Positions 28,301 to 42,744 of a stretch of DNA of 64,000 nt are shown in pieces. The number at the start of each line of letters is the position of its first letter. Within the stretch, counting starts at the first letter, position 1. Below the pieces are notes generated by a model. That model saw only the letters and a list, made by a program, of their open reading frames with translations, ran no database searches and was not told where the DNA came from. The stretch is taken from NCBI GenBank assembly GCA_043228905.1, contig JBHGNT010000054.1, positions 113,554-177,553 of the forward strand, read 5' to 3'. This DNA comes from Azolla caroliniana. Its lineage: Eukaryota; Plantae; Polypodiophyta. The translations under genes and the position numbers were made by a program.

Positions 28301-29699
28301 GCTTGTGTGATATCGGATTTTGGTGTTTAAACATGCGAATCGAAGGTAACGAATATAGCCATGATATAGAATTGAAAAATCAAGATTTAAAAACTCTGGT
28401 CGAGAGACATGAAGAAAAAAGCAATTTTGAGGAAGGCGTCGACAAGAGCGCCACAATGAATGAAAATGCTCATAGATTGCTCGTGTGATATCGGATTTTG
28501 TTGTTTAAACATGCGAATCGAAGGTAACGAATCTAGCCATGATATGGAATTAAAAAATCAAGATTTTGAAACTCAAGTCGAGAGACATGAAGGAAAAAGC
28601 AAATTTGAGGAAGCCGTCGACAAGAGCGCCACAATGAATGAAAATGTTAATAGATGGCTCGTGTGATATCGGATTTTGGTGTTTAAACATGCGAATCGAA
28701 GGTAACGAATCTAGCCATGATATGGAATTAAAAAATAAAGATTTTGATACTCATATCGAGAGACATGAAGAAAAAAGCAATTTTGAGGAAGGCGTAGACA
28801 AGAGCGCCTCACTGACTGAAAATGTTCCTAGATGGCTTGTGTGATATCGGATTTTGGTGTTTAAACCTGCGAATCGAAGGTAACGAATATAGCCATGATA
28901 TGGAATTGAAAAATCAAGATTTAAAAACTCAGGTCCAGAGACATGAAGTAAAAAGCAAATTTAAGGAAGCCGTCGACAAGAGCGCCTCACTGACTAAAAA
29001 TGTTCATAGATGGCTCGTGTGATATCGGGTTTTGGTGTTTAAACATGCTAATTGAAGGTAACGAATATAGCCATGATATGGAATTGAAAAATCAAGATTT
29101 AAAAACTCAGGTCGAGAGACATAAAGTAAAAAGGAAATTTAAGGAAGGCGTCGACAAGAGCGCCTCAATGGATGAAAAGGTTCATAGATTCCTCGTGTGA
29201 TATCGGATTTTGGTGTTTAAACATGCGAATCGAAGGTAACGAAAATAGCCACAACATGGAATTGAAAAATCAAGATTTTGAAACTCAAGTCGAGAGACAT
29301 GAAGAGAAAAGCAATTTTGAGGAAGGCGTAGACAAGAGCGCCTCAATGAATGAAAATGTTAATAGATGGCTCGTGTGATATCGGATTTTGGTGTTTAAAC
29401 ATGCGAATCGAAGGTAACGAAACTAGCCATGATATGGAATTAAGAAATCAAGATTTTCAAACTCAAGTCGAGAGACATGAAGAAAAAAGCAATTTTGAGG
29501 CAGGCGTAGACAAGTGCGCCTCACTGACTGAATATGTTCATAGATGGCTCGTGTGATATCGGATTTTGGTGTTTAAACATGCGAATCGAAGGTAACGAAT
29601 ATAGCCACAACATGGAATTGAAAAATCAAGATTTTGAAACTCAAGTCGAGAGACATGAAGAGAAAAGCAATTTTGAGGAAGGCGTAGACAAGAGCGCCT

Positions 29700-31320
29700 C
29701 AATGAATGAAAATGTTCATAGAATCCTCGTGTGATATCGGATTTAGGTTTTTAAACATGCGAATCGAAGGTAACGAAACTAGCCATGATATGGAATTAAA
29801 ATATCAAGATTGTGAAACTCAGGTCGAGAGAAGTGAAGAAAAAAGCAATTTTGAGGAAGGCGTAGACAATAGCGCCTCACTGACTGAATATGTTCATAGA
29901 TGGCTCGTGTGATATCGGGTTTTGGTGTTTAAACATGCGAATTGAAGGTAACGAATATAGCCATGATATGGAATTGAAAAATCAAGATTTAAAAACTCAG
30001 GTCGAGAGACATAAAGTAAAAAGGAAATTTAAGGAAGGCGTCGACAAGAGCGCCTCAATGGATGAAAAGGTTCATAGATTCCTCGTGTGATATCGGATTT
30101 TGGTGTTTAAACATGCGAATCGAAGGTAACGAATCTAGCCATGATATGGAATTAAAAAATAAAGAATTTGATACTCATATCGAGAGACATGAAGAAAAAA
30201 GCAATTTTGAGGTAGGCGTAGACAAGAGCGCCTCACTGACTAAAAATGTTCATAGAATCCTCGTGTGATATCGGATTTAGGTTTTTAAACATGCGAATCG
30301 AAGGTAACGAAACTAGCCATGATATGGAATTAAAATATCAAGATTGTGAAACTCAGGTCGAGAGAAGTGAAGAAAAAAGCAATTTTGAGGAAGGCGTAGA
30401 CAAGTGCGCCTCACTGACTGAAAATGTTCATAGATGGCTCGTGTGATATCGGGTTTTGGTGTTTAAACATGCGAATTGAAGGTAACGAATATAGCCATGA
30501 TATGGAATTGAAAAATCAAGATTTAAAAACTCAGGTCGAGAGACATAAAGTAAAAAGGAAATTTAAGGAAGGCGTCGACAAGAGCGCCTCAATGGATGAA
30601 AAGGTTCATAGATTCCTCGTGTGATATCGGATTTTGGTGTTTAAACATGCGAATCGAAGGTAACGAATCTACCCATGATATGGAATTAAAAAATAAAGAA
30701 TTTGATACTCATATCGAGAGACATGAAGAAAAAAGCAATTTTGAGGTAGGCGTAGACAAGAGCGCCTCATTGACTAAAAATGTTCATAGAATCCTCGTGT
30801 GATATCGGATTTAGGTTTTTAAACATGCGAATCGAAGGTAACGAAACTAGCCATGATATGGAATTAAAATATCAAGATTGTGAAACTCAGGTCGAGAGAA
30901 GTGAAGAAAAAAGCAATTTTGAGGAAGGCGTAGACAAGTGCGCCTCACTGACTGAATATGTTCATAGATGGCTCGTGTGATATCGGGTTTTGGTGTTTAA
31001 ACATGCGAACTGAAGGTAACGAATATAGCCATGATATGGAATTGAAAAATCAAGATTTAAAAACTCAGGTCGAGAGACATAAAGTAAAAAGGAAATTTAA
31101 GGAAGGCGTCGACAAGAGCGCCTCAATGGATGAAAAGGTTCATAGATTCCTCGTGTGATATCGGATTTTGGTGTTTAAACATGCGAATCGAAGGTAACGA
31201 ATCTAGCCATGATATGGAATTAAAAAATAAAGAATTTGATACTCATATCGAGAGACATGAAGAAAAAAGCAATTTTGAGGTAGGCGTAGACAAGAGCGCC
31301 TCACTGACTAAAAATGTTCA
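29700..31320 (+). repeat. 3-monomer (534 bp) HOR, three tandem copies; also two copies each at ~16690-17770 and ~33620-34700
   Basis: The monomer marked by gaatcctcg / ggatttaggttttt / gattgtgaa / gagaagtgaa recurs at 29712, 30246 and 30780. Each time it is followed by the aaaaggaaattt monomer and the gaatttgatactcat monomer. Confidence 0.88.
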
Positions 31321-31379
31321 TAGATGGCTCGTGTGATATCGAATTTTGGTGTTTAAACATGCAAATCGAAGGTAACGAA

Positions 31380-34300
31380 ACTAGCCATGATATCGAATTA
31401 AAAAATCAAGATTTTGCAACTCAGGTCGAGAGACATGAAGAAAAAAGCAATTTTGAGGAAGGCGTAGACAAGAGCGCCTCACTGACTGAAAATATTCCTA
31501 GATGGCTTGTGTGATATCGGATTTTGGTGTTTAAACATGCGAATCGAAGGTAACGAATATAGCCATGATATAGAATTGAAAAATCAAGATTTAAAAACTC
31601 TGGTCGAGAGACATGAAGAAAAAAGCAATTTTGAGGAAGGCGTCGACAAGAGCGCCACAATGAATGAAAATGCTCATAGATTGCTCGTGTGATATCGGAT
31701 TTTGTTGTTTAAACATGCGAATCGAAGGTAACGAATCTAGCCATGATATGGAATTAAAAAATCAAGATTTTGAAACTCAAGTGGAGAGACATGAAGGAAA
31801 AAGCAAATTTGAGGAAGCCGTCGACAAGAGCGCCACAATGAATGAAAATGTTAATAGATTCCTCATGTGATATCGGATTTTGGTGTTTAAACATGCGAAT
31901 CGAAGGTAACGAATCTAGCCATGATATGGAATTAAAAAATAAAGAATTTGATACTCATATCGAGAGACATGAAGAAAAATGCAATTTTGAGGTAGGTGTA
32001 GACAAGAGCGCCTCACTGACTAAAAATGTTCATAGATGGCTCGTTTGATATCGGATTTTGGTGTTTAAACATGCAAATCGAAGGTACCGAAACTAGCCAT
32101 GATATCGAATTAAAAAATCAAGATTTTGCAACTCAGGTCGAGAGACATGAAGAAAAAAGCAATTTTGAGGAAGGCGTAGACAAGAGCGCCTCACTGACTG
32201 AAAATATTCCTAGATGGCTTGTGTGATATCGGATTTTGGTGTTTAAACATGCGAATCGAAGGTAACGAATATAGCCATGATATAGAATTGAAAAATCAAG
32301 ATTTAAAAACTCTAGTCGAGAGACATGAAGAAAAAAGCAATTTTGAGGAAGGCGTCGACAAGAGCGCCACAATGAATGAAAATGCTCATAGATTGCTCGT
32401 GTGATATCGGATTTTGTTGTTTAAACATGCGAATCGAAGGTAACGAATCTAGCCATGATATGGAATTAAAAAATCAAGATTTTGAAACTCAAGTCGAGAG
32501 ACATGAAGGAAAAAGCAAATTTGAGGAAGCCGTCGACAAGAGCGCCACAATGAATGAAAATGTTAATAGATGGCTCGTGTGATATCGGATTTTGGTGTTG
32601 AAACATGCGAATCGAAGGTAACGAATCTAGCCATGATATGGAATTAAAAAATAAAGATTTTGATACTCATATCGAGAGACATGAAGAAAAAAGCAATTTT
32701 GAGGAAGGCGTAGACAAGAGCGCCTCACTGACTGAAAATGTTCCTAGATGGCTTGTGTGATATCGGATTTTGGTGTTTAAACATGCGAATCGAAGGTAAC
32801 GAATATAGCCATGATATGGAATTGAAAAATCAAGATTTAAAAACTCTGGTCGAGAGACATAAAGAAAAAAGCAATTTTGAGGAAGGCGTAGACAAGAGCG
32901 CCTCACTGACTGAAAATGTTCCTAGATGGCTTGTGTGATATCGGATTTTGGTGTTTAAACCTGCGAATCGAAGGTAACGAATATAGCCATGATATGGAAT
33001 TGAAAAATCAAGATTTAAAAACTCAGGTCCAGAGACATGAAGTAAAAAGCAAATTTAAGGAAGCCGTCGACAAGAGCGCCTCACTGACTAAAAATGTTCA
33101 TAGATGGCTCGTGTGATATCGGGTTTTGGTGTTTAAACATGCGAATTGAAGGTAACGAATATAGCCATGATATGGAATTGAAAAATCAAGATTTAAAAAC
33201 TCAGGTCGAGAGACATAAAGTAAAAAGGAAATTTAAGGAAGGCGTCGACAAGAGCGCCTCAATGGATGAAAAGGTTCATAGATTCCTCGTGTGATATCGG
33301 ATTTTGGTGTTTAAACATGCGAATCAAAGGTAACGAATATAGCCATGATATGGAATTAAAAAATCAAGATTTAAAAACTCAGGTCCAGAGACATGAAGTA
33401 AAAAGCAAATTTAAGGAAGCCGTCGACAAGAGCGCCACAATGAATGAAAATGTTAATAGATGGCTCGTGTGATATCGGATTTTGGTGTTTAAACATGCGA
33501 ATCGAAGGTAACGAATATAGCCACAACATGGAATTGAAAAATCAAGATTTTGAAACTCAAGTCGAGAGACATGAAGAGAAAAGCAATTTTGAGGAAGGCG
33601 TAGACAAGAGCGCCTCAATGAATGAAAATGTTCATAGAATCCTCGTGTGATATCGGATTTAGGTTTTTAAACATGCGAATCGAAGGTAACGAAACTAGCC
33701 ATGATATGGAATTAAAATATCAAGATTGTGAAACTCAGGTCGAGAGAAGTGAAGAAAAAAGCAATTTTGAGGAAGGCGTAGACAAGTGCGCCTCACTGAC
33801 TGAAAATGTTCATAGATGGCTCGTGTGATATCGGGTTTTGGTGTTTAAACATGCGAATTGAAGGTAACGAATATAGCCATGATATGGAATTGAAAAATCA
33901 AGATTTAAAAACTCAGGTCGAGAGACATAAAGTAAAAAGGAAATTTAAGGAAGGCGTCGACAAGAGCGCCTCAATGGATGAAAAGGTTCATAGATTCCTC
34001 GTGTGATATCGGATTTTGGTGTTTAAACATGCGAATCGAAGGTAACGAATCTAGCCATGATATGGAATTAAAAAATAAAGAATTTGATACTCATATCGAG
34101 AGACATGAAGAAAAAAGCAATTTTGAGGTAGGCGTAGACAAGAGCGCCTCACTGACTAAAAATGTTCATAGAATCCTCGTGTGATATCGGATTTAGGTTT
34201 TTAAACATGCGAATCGAAGGTAACGAAACTAGCCATGATATGGAATTAAAATATCAAGATTGTGAAACTCAGGTCGAGAGAAGTGAAGAAAAAAGCAATT

Positions 34301-37300
34301 TTGAGGAAGGCGTAGACAAGTGCGCCTCACTGACTGAAAATGTTCATAGATGGCTCGTGTGATATCGGGTTTTGGTGTTTAAACATGCGAACTGAAGGTA
34401 ACGAATATAGCCATGATATGGAATTGAAAAATCAAGATTTAAAAACTCAGGTCGAGAGACATAAAGTAAAAAGGAAATTTAAGGAAGGCGTCGACAAGAG
34501 CGCCTCAATGGATGAAAAGGTTCATAGATTCCTCGTGTGATATCGGATTTTGGTGTTTAAACATGCGAATCGAAGGTAACGAATCTAGCCATGATATGGA
34601 ATTAAAAAATAAAGAATTTGATACTCATATCGAGAGACATGAAGAAAAAAGCAATTTTGATGTAGGCGTAGACAAGAGCGCCTCACTGACTAAAAATGTT
34701 CATAGATGGCTCGTGTGATATCGAATTTTGGTGTTTAAACATGCAAATCGAAGGTAACGAAACTAGCCATGATATCGAATTAAAAAATCAAGATTTTGCA
34801 ACTCAGGTCGAGAGACATGATGAAAAAAGCAATTTTGAGGAAGGCGTAGACAAGAGCGCCTCACTGACTGAAAATGTTCATAGATGGCTTGTGTGATATC
34901 GGATTTTGGTGTTTAAACATGCGAATCGAAGGTAACGAATAAAGCCATGATATGGAATTGAAAAATCAAGATTTAAAAACTCAGGTCGAGAGACATAAAG
35001 AAAAAAGCAATTTTGAGGAAGGCGTAGACAAGAGCGCCTCACTGACTGAAAATGTTCATAGATGGCTTGTGTGATATCGGATTTTGGTGTTTAAACATAC
35101 GAATCGAAGGTAACGAAACTAGCCATGATATGGAATTGAAAAATGAAGATTTAAAAACTCAGGTCCAGAGACATGAAGTAAAAAGCAAATTTAAGGAAGC
35201 CGTCGACAAGAGCGCCTCACTGACTAAAAATGTTCATAGATGGCTCGTGTGATATCGGGTTTTGGTGTTTAAACATGCGAATTGAAGGTAACGAATATAG
35301 CCATGATATGGAATTGAAAAATCAAGATTTAAAAACTCAGGTCGAGAGACATAAAGTAAAAAGGAAATTTAAGGAAGGCGTCGACAAGAGCGCCTCAATG
35401 GATGAAAAGGTTCATAGATTCCTCGTGTGATATCGGATTTTGGTGTTTAAACATGCGAATCAAAGGTAACGAATATAGCCATGATATGGAATTAAAAAAT
35501 CAAGATTTAAAAACTCAGGTCCAGAGACATGAAGTAAAAAGCAAATTTAAGGAAGCCGTCGACAAGAGCGCCACAATGAATGAAAATGTTAATAGATGGC
35601 TCGTGTGATATCGGATTTTGGTGTTTAAACATGCGAATCGAAGGTAACGAAACTAGCCATGATATGGAATTAAGAAATCAAGATTTTCAAACTCAAGTCG
35701 AGAGACATGAAGAAAAAAGCAATTTTGAGGCAGGCGTAGACAAGTGCGCCTCACTGACTGAATATGTTCATAGATGGCTCGTGTGATATCGGATTTTGGT
35801 GTTTAAACATGCGAATCGAAGGTAACGAATATAGCCACAACATGGAATTGAAAAATCAAGATTTTGAAACTCAAGTCGAGAGACATGAAGAGAAAAGCAA
35901 TTTTGAGGAAGGCGTAGACAAGAGCGCCTCAATGAATGAAAATGTTCATAGAATCCTCGTGTGATATCGGATTTAGGTTTTTAAACATGCGAATCGAAGG
36001 TAACGAAACTAGCCATGATATGGAATTAAAATATCAAGATTTTGAAACTCAGGTCGAGAGAAGTGAAGAAAAAAGTAATTTTGAGGAAGGCGTAGACAAG
36101 TGCGCCTCACTGACTGAAAATGTTCATAGATGGCTCGTGTGATATCGGGTTTTGGTGTTTAAACATGCGAATTGAAGGTAACGAATATAGCCATGATATG
36201 GAATTGAAAAATCAAGATTTAAAAACTCAGGTCGAGAGACATAAAGTAAAAAGGAAATTTAAGGAAGGCGTCGACAAGAGCGCCTCAATGGATGAAAAGG
36301 TTCATAGATTCCTCGTGTGATATCGGATTTTGGTGTTTAAACATGCGAATCGAAGGTAACGAATATAGCCATGATATGGAATTGAAAAATCAAGATTTAA
36401 AAACTCAGGTCGAGAGACATAAAGTAAAAAGGAAATTTAAGGAAGGCGTCGACAAGAGCGCCTCAATGGATGAAAAGGTTCATAGATTCCTCGTGTGATA
36501 TCGGATTTTGGTGTTTAAACATGCGAATCGAAGGTAACGAATCTAGCCATGATATGGAATTAAAAAATAAAGAATTTGATACTCATATCGAGAGACATGA
36601 AGAAAAAAGCAATTTTGAGGTAGGCGTAGACAAGAGCGCCTCACTGACTAAAAATGTTCATAGATGGCTCGTGTGATATCGAATTTTGGTGTTTAAACAT
36701 GCAAATCGAAGGTAACGAAACTAGCCATGATATCGAATTAAAAAATCAAGATTTTGCAACTCAGGTCGAGAGACATGATGAAAAAAGCAATTTTGAGGAA
36801 GGCGTAGACAAGAGCGCCTCACTGACTGAAAATGTTCATAGATGGCTTGTGTGATATCGGATTTTGGTGTTTAAACATGCGAATCGAAGGTAACGAATAA
36901 AGCCATGATATGGAATTGAAAAATCAAGATTTAAAAACTCAGGTCGAGAGACATAAAGAAAAAAGCAATTTTGAGGAAGGCGTAGACAAGAGCGCCTCAC
37001 TGACTGAAAATGTTCATAGATGGCTTGTGTGATATCGGATTTTGGTGTTTAAACATACGAATCGAAGGTAACGAAACTAGCCATGATATGGAATTGAAAA
37101 ATGAAGATTTAAAAACTCAGGTCCAGAGACATGAAGTAAAAAGCAAATTTAAGGAAGCCGTCGACAAGAGCGCCAGAATGAATGAAAATGTTAATAGATG
37201 GCTCGTGTGATATCGGATTTTGGTGTTTAAACATGCGAATCGAAGGTAACGAAACTAGCCATGATATGGAATTAAAAAATCAAGATTTTCAAACTCAAGT

Positions 37301-40300
37301 CGAGAGACATGAAGAAAAAAGCAATTTTGAGGAAGGCGTAGACAAGTGCGCCTCACTGACTGAAAATGTTCATAGATGGCTTGTGTGATATCGGATTTTG
37401 GTGTTTAAACATACGAATCGAAGGTAACGAAACTAGCCATGATATGGAATTGAAAAATGAAGATTTAAAAACTCAGGTCCAGAGACATGAAGTAAAAAGC
37501 AAATTTAAGGAAGCCGTCGACAAGAGCGCCAGAATGAATGAAAATGTTAATAGATGGCTCGTGTGATATCGGATTTTGGTGTTTAAACATGCGAATCGAA
37601 GGTAACGAAACTAGCCATGATATGGAATTAAAAAATCAAGATTTTCAAACTCAAGTCGAGAGACATGAAGAAAAAAGCAATTTTGAGGAAGGCGTAGACA
37701 AGTGCGCCTCACTGACTGAAAATGTTCATAGATGGCTCGTGTGATATCGGATTTTGGTGTTTAAACATGCGAATCGAAGGTAACGAATATAGCCACGACA
37801 TGGAATTGAAAAATCAAGATTTTGAAACTCAAGTCGAGAGACATGAAGAAAAAAGCAAGTCGAGAGATATGGAATTGAAAAATCAAGATTTAAAAACTTT
37901 GGTCGAGAGACATGAAGTGAAAAGCAAATTTAAGGAAGGCGTAGACAAGAGCGCCTCAATGGATGAAAATGTTCATAGATTCCTCGTGTGATATCATATT
38001 TTGGTGTTTAAACATGCGAATCGAAGGTAACGAATATAGCCATGATATGGAATTGAAAAATCAAGATTTAAAAACTTTGGTCGAGAGACATGAAGTGAAA
38101 AGCAAATTTAAGGAAGGCGTAGACAAGAGCGCCTCAATGGATGAAAATGTTCATAGATTCCTCGTGTGATATCATATTTTGGTGTTTAAACATGCGAATC
38201 GAAGGTAACGAATATAGCCATGATATGGAATTGAAAATGTTCATAGATGAAACTCAAGTCGAGAGACATGAAGGAAAAAGCAAATTTGAGGAAGCCGTCG
38301 ACAAGAGCGCCACAATGAATGAAAATGTTAATAGATTCCTCATGTGATATCGGATTTTGGTGTTTAAACATGCGAATCGAAGGTAACGAATCTAGCCATG
38401 ATATAGAATTGAAAAATCAAGATTTAAAAACTCAGGTCGAGAGACATAAAGAAAAAAGCAATTTTGAGGAAGGCGTAGACAAGAGCGCCTCACTGACTGA
38501 AAATGTTCCTAGATGGCTTGTGTGATATCGGATTTTGGTGTTTAAACCTGCGAATCGAAGGTAACGAATATAGCCATGATATGGAATTGAAAAATCAAGA
38601 TTTAAAAACTCAGGTCCAGAGACATGAAGTAAAAAGCAAATTTAAGGAAGCCGTCGACAAGAGCGCCTCACTGACTAAAAATGTTCATAGATGGCTCGTG
38701 TGATATCGGGTTTTGGTGTTTAAACATGCGAATTGAAGGTAACGAATATAGCCATGATATGGAATTGAAAAATCAAGATTTAAAAACTCAGGTCGAGAGA
38801 CATAAAGTAAAAAGGAAATTTAAGGAAGGCGTCGACAAGAGCGCCTCAATGGATGAAAAGGTTCATAGATTCCTCGTGTGATATCGGATTTTGGTGTTTA
38901 AACATGCGAATCGAAGGTAACGAATATAGCCATGATATGGAATTAAAAAATCAAGATTTAAAAACTCAGGTCCAGAGACATGAAGTAAAAAGCAAATTTA
39001 AGGAAGCCGTCGACAAGAGCGCCACAATGAATGAAAATGTTAATAGATGGCTCGTGTGATATCGGATTTTGGTGTTTAAACATGCGAATCGAAGGTAACG
39101 AAACTAGCCATGATATGGAATTAAAAAATCAAGATTTTCAAACTCAAGTCGAGAGACATGAAGAAAAAAGCAATTTTGAGGAAGGCGTAGACAAGTGCGC
39201 CTCACTGACTGAAAATGTTCATAGATGGCTCGTGTGATATCGGATTTTGGTGTTTAAACATGCGAATCGAAGGTAACGAATATAGCCACGACATGGAATT
39301 GAAAAATCAAGATTTTGAAACTCAAGTCGAGAGACATGAAGAAAAAAGCAATTTTGAGGAAGGCGTAGACAAGAGCGCCTCACTGACTTAAAATGTTCCT
39401 AGATGGCTTGTGTGATATCGGATTTTGGTGTTTAAACATGCGAATCGAAGGTAACGAAACTAGCCATGATATGGAATTGAAAAATCAAGATTTAAAAACT
39501 CTGGTCGAGAGACATAAAGAAAAAAGCAATTTTGAGGAAGGCGTAGACAAGAGCGCCTCACTGACTGAAAATGTTCATAGATGGCTTGTGTGATATCGGA
39601 TTTTGGTGTTTAAACATGCGAATCGAAGGTAACGAATAAAGCCATGATATGGAATTGAAAAATCAAGATTTAAAAACTCAGGTCCAGAGACATAAAGAGA
39701 AAAGCAAATTTGAGGAAGGCGTAGACAAGAGCGCCTCACTGAATGAAAATGTTCATAGATGGCTTGTGTGATATCGGTTTAAAAACTTTGGTCGAGAGAC
39801 ATGAAGTGAAAAGCAAATTTAAGGAAGGCATAGACAAGAGCGCCTCAATGGATGAAAATGTTCATAGATTCCTCGTGTGATATCATATTTTGGTGTTTAA
39901 ACATGCGAATCGAAGGTAACGAATATAGCCATGATATGGAATTGAAAAAATCAAGATTTAAAAACTCTGGTCGAGAGACATGAAGTAAAAAGCAAATTTA
40001 AGGAAGGTGTCGACAAGAGCGCCACAATGAATGAAAATGCTCATAGATTGCTCGTGTGATATCGGATTTTGGTGTTTAAACATGCGAATCGAAGGTAACG
40101 AATATAGCCATGATATGGAATTGAAAAATCAAGATTTAAAAACTCTGCTCGAGAGACATGAAGAAAAAAGCAATTTTGAGGAAGGCGTCGACAAGAGCGC
40201 CACAATGAATGAAAATGCTCATAGATTGCTCGTGTGATATCGGATTTTGTTGTTTAAACATGCGAATCGAAGGTAACGAATCTAGCCATGATATGGAATT

Positions 40301-42744
40301 AAAAAATCAAGATTTTGAAACTCAAGTCGAGAGACATGAAGGAAAAAGCAAATTTGAGGAAGCCGTCGACAAGAGCGCCACAATGAATGAAAATGTTAAT
40401 AGATTCCTCGTGTGATATCGGATTTTGGTGTTTAAACATGCGAATCGAAGGTAACGAAACTAGCCATGATATGGAATTAAAAAATAAAGATTTTGAAACT
40501 CAAGTCGAGAGACATGAAGGAAAAAGCCATTTTGAGGAAGGCGTAGACAAGAGCGCCTCACTGAATGAAAAGGTTCATAGATGGCTCGTGTGATATCGGA
40601 TTTTGGTGTTTAAACATGCGATTCGAAGGTAACGAATCTAGCCATGATATGGAATTAAAAAATAAAGATTTTGATACTCATATCGAGAGACATGAAGAAA
40701 AAAGCAATTTTGAGGTAGGCGTAGACTAGAGCGCCTCAATGGATGAAAATGTTCATAGAATCCTCGTGTGATATCGGATTTAGGTTTTTAAACATGCGAA
40801 TCGAAGGTAACGAAACTAGCCATGATATGGAATTAAAATATCAAGATTTTGAAACTCAGGTCGAGAGAAGTGAAGAAAAAAGTAATTTTGAGGAAGGCGT
40901 AGACAAGTGCGCCTCACTGACTGAAAATGTTCATAGATGGCTCGTGTGATATCGGGTTTTGGTGTTTAAACATGCGAATCGAAGGTAACGACTATAGCCA
41001 TGCGAATCAAAGCAATTTTGAGGAAGGCGTAGACAAGAGCGCCGCACTGACTGAAAATGTTCCTAGATGGCTTGTGTGATATCGGATTTTGGTGTTTAAA
41101 CATGCGAATCGAAGGTAACGAATCTAGCCATGATATGGAATTAAAAAATGAAGATTTTGATACTCATATCGAGAGACATGAAGAAAAAAGCAAATTTGAG
41201 GAAGGCATGGACAAGAGCGCCTCACTGACTGAAAATGTTCCTAGATGGCTTGTGTGATATCGGATTTTGGTGTTTAAACATGCGATATGGAAGGTAACGA
41301 AACTAGCCATGATATGGAATTAAAAAATCAAGATTTTGAAACTCAAGTCGAGAGACATGAAGGAAAAAGCAATTTTGAGGAAGGCGTAGACAAGAGCGAC
41401 TCAATGAATGAAAATGTTCATAGATGGCTCGTGTGATATCGGATTTTGGTGTTTAAACATGCGAATCGAAGGTAACGAATATAGCCATGATATGGAATTG
41501 AAAAATCACGATTTAAAAACTCAGGCCGAGAGACATAAAGTGAAAAGCAAATTTAAGGAAGGTGTCGACAAGAGCGCCACAATGAATGAAAATGCCCATA
41601 GATTGCTCGTGTGATATCGGATTTTAGTGTTTAAACATGCGAATCGAAGGTAACGAATCTAGCCATGATATGGAATTAAAAAATAAAGAATTTGATACTC
41701 ATATCGAGAGACATGAAGAAAAAAGCAATTTTGAGGTAGGCGTAGACAAGAGCGCCTCAATGGATGAAAATGTTCATAGATTCCTCGTGTGATATCGGAT
41801 TTTGGTGTTTAAACATGCGAATCGAAGGTAACGAATATAGCCATGATATGGAATTAAAAAATAAAGATTTTGAAACTCAGGTCGAGAGACATGAAAAAAA
41901 AGCAATTTTGAGGAAGGCGTCGACAAGAGCGCCACAATGAATGAAAATGTTCATAGATTCCTCGTGTGATATCGGATTTGGGTGTTTAAACATGCGAATC
42001 GAAGGTAACGAATATAGCCATGATATGGAATTGAAAAATCAAGATTTAAAAACTCAGGCCGAGAGACATAAAGTGAAAAGCAATTTTGAGGAAGGCGTAG
42101 ACTAGAGCGCCTCACTGACTGAAAATGCTCCTAGATGGCTTGTGTGATATCGGATTTTGGTGTTTAAACCTGCGAATCGAAGGTAACGAATATAGCCATG
42201 ATATGGAATTGAAAAATCAAGATTTAAAAACTCAGGTCCAGAGACATGAAGTAAAAAGCAAGTTTAAGGAAGCCGTCGACAAGAGCGCCACAATGAATGA
42301 AAATGTTAATAGATTCCTCGTGTGATATCGGATTTTGGTGTTTAAACATGCGAATCGAAGATAACGAAACTAGCCATGATATGGAATTAAAAAATCAAGA
42401 TTTTGAAACTCAAGTCGAGAGACATGAAGGGAAAAGCAAATTTGAGGAAGGCGTAGACAAGAGCGCCTCACTTACTAAAAATGTTCATAGATGGCTCGTG
42501 TGATATCGGATTTTGGTGTTTAAACATGCGAATCGAAGGTAACGAATCTAGCCATGATATGGAATTAAAAAATCAAGACTTTCAAACTCAAGTCAAGATA
42601 CATGACGAAAACAGCAATTTTGAGGAAGGCGTAGACAAAAGCGCCTCAATCACTGAATATGTTCATAGATTCCTCGTGTGATATCGGATTTTGGTGTTTA
42701 AACATGCGAATCGAAGGTAACGAAACTAGCCACGATATGGAATT
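31380..42744 (+). repeat. Copy 2 of the ~11.4-kb segmental duplication
   Basis: Carries the same 247-bp monomer (37722), 'MFIDE' patch (38232), 109-bp monomer (39777), 130-bp monomer (40999) and gatatggaa patch (41284) as copy 1. Confidence 0.92.
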
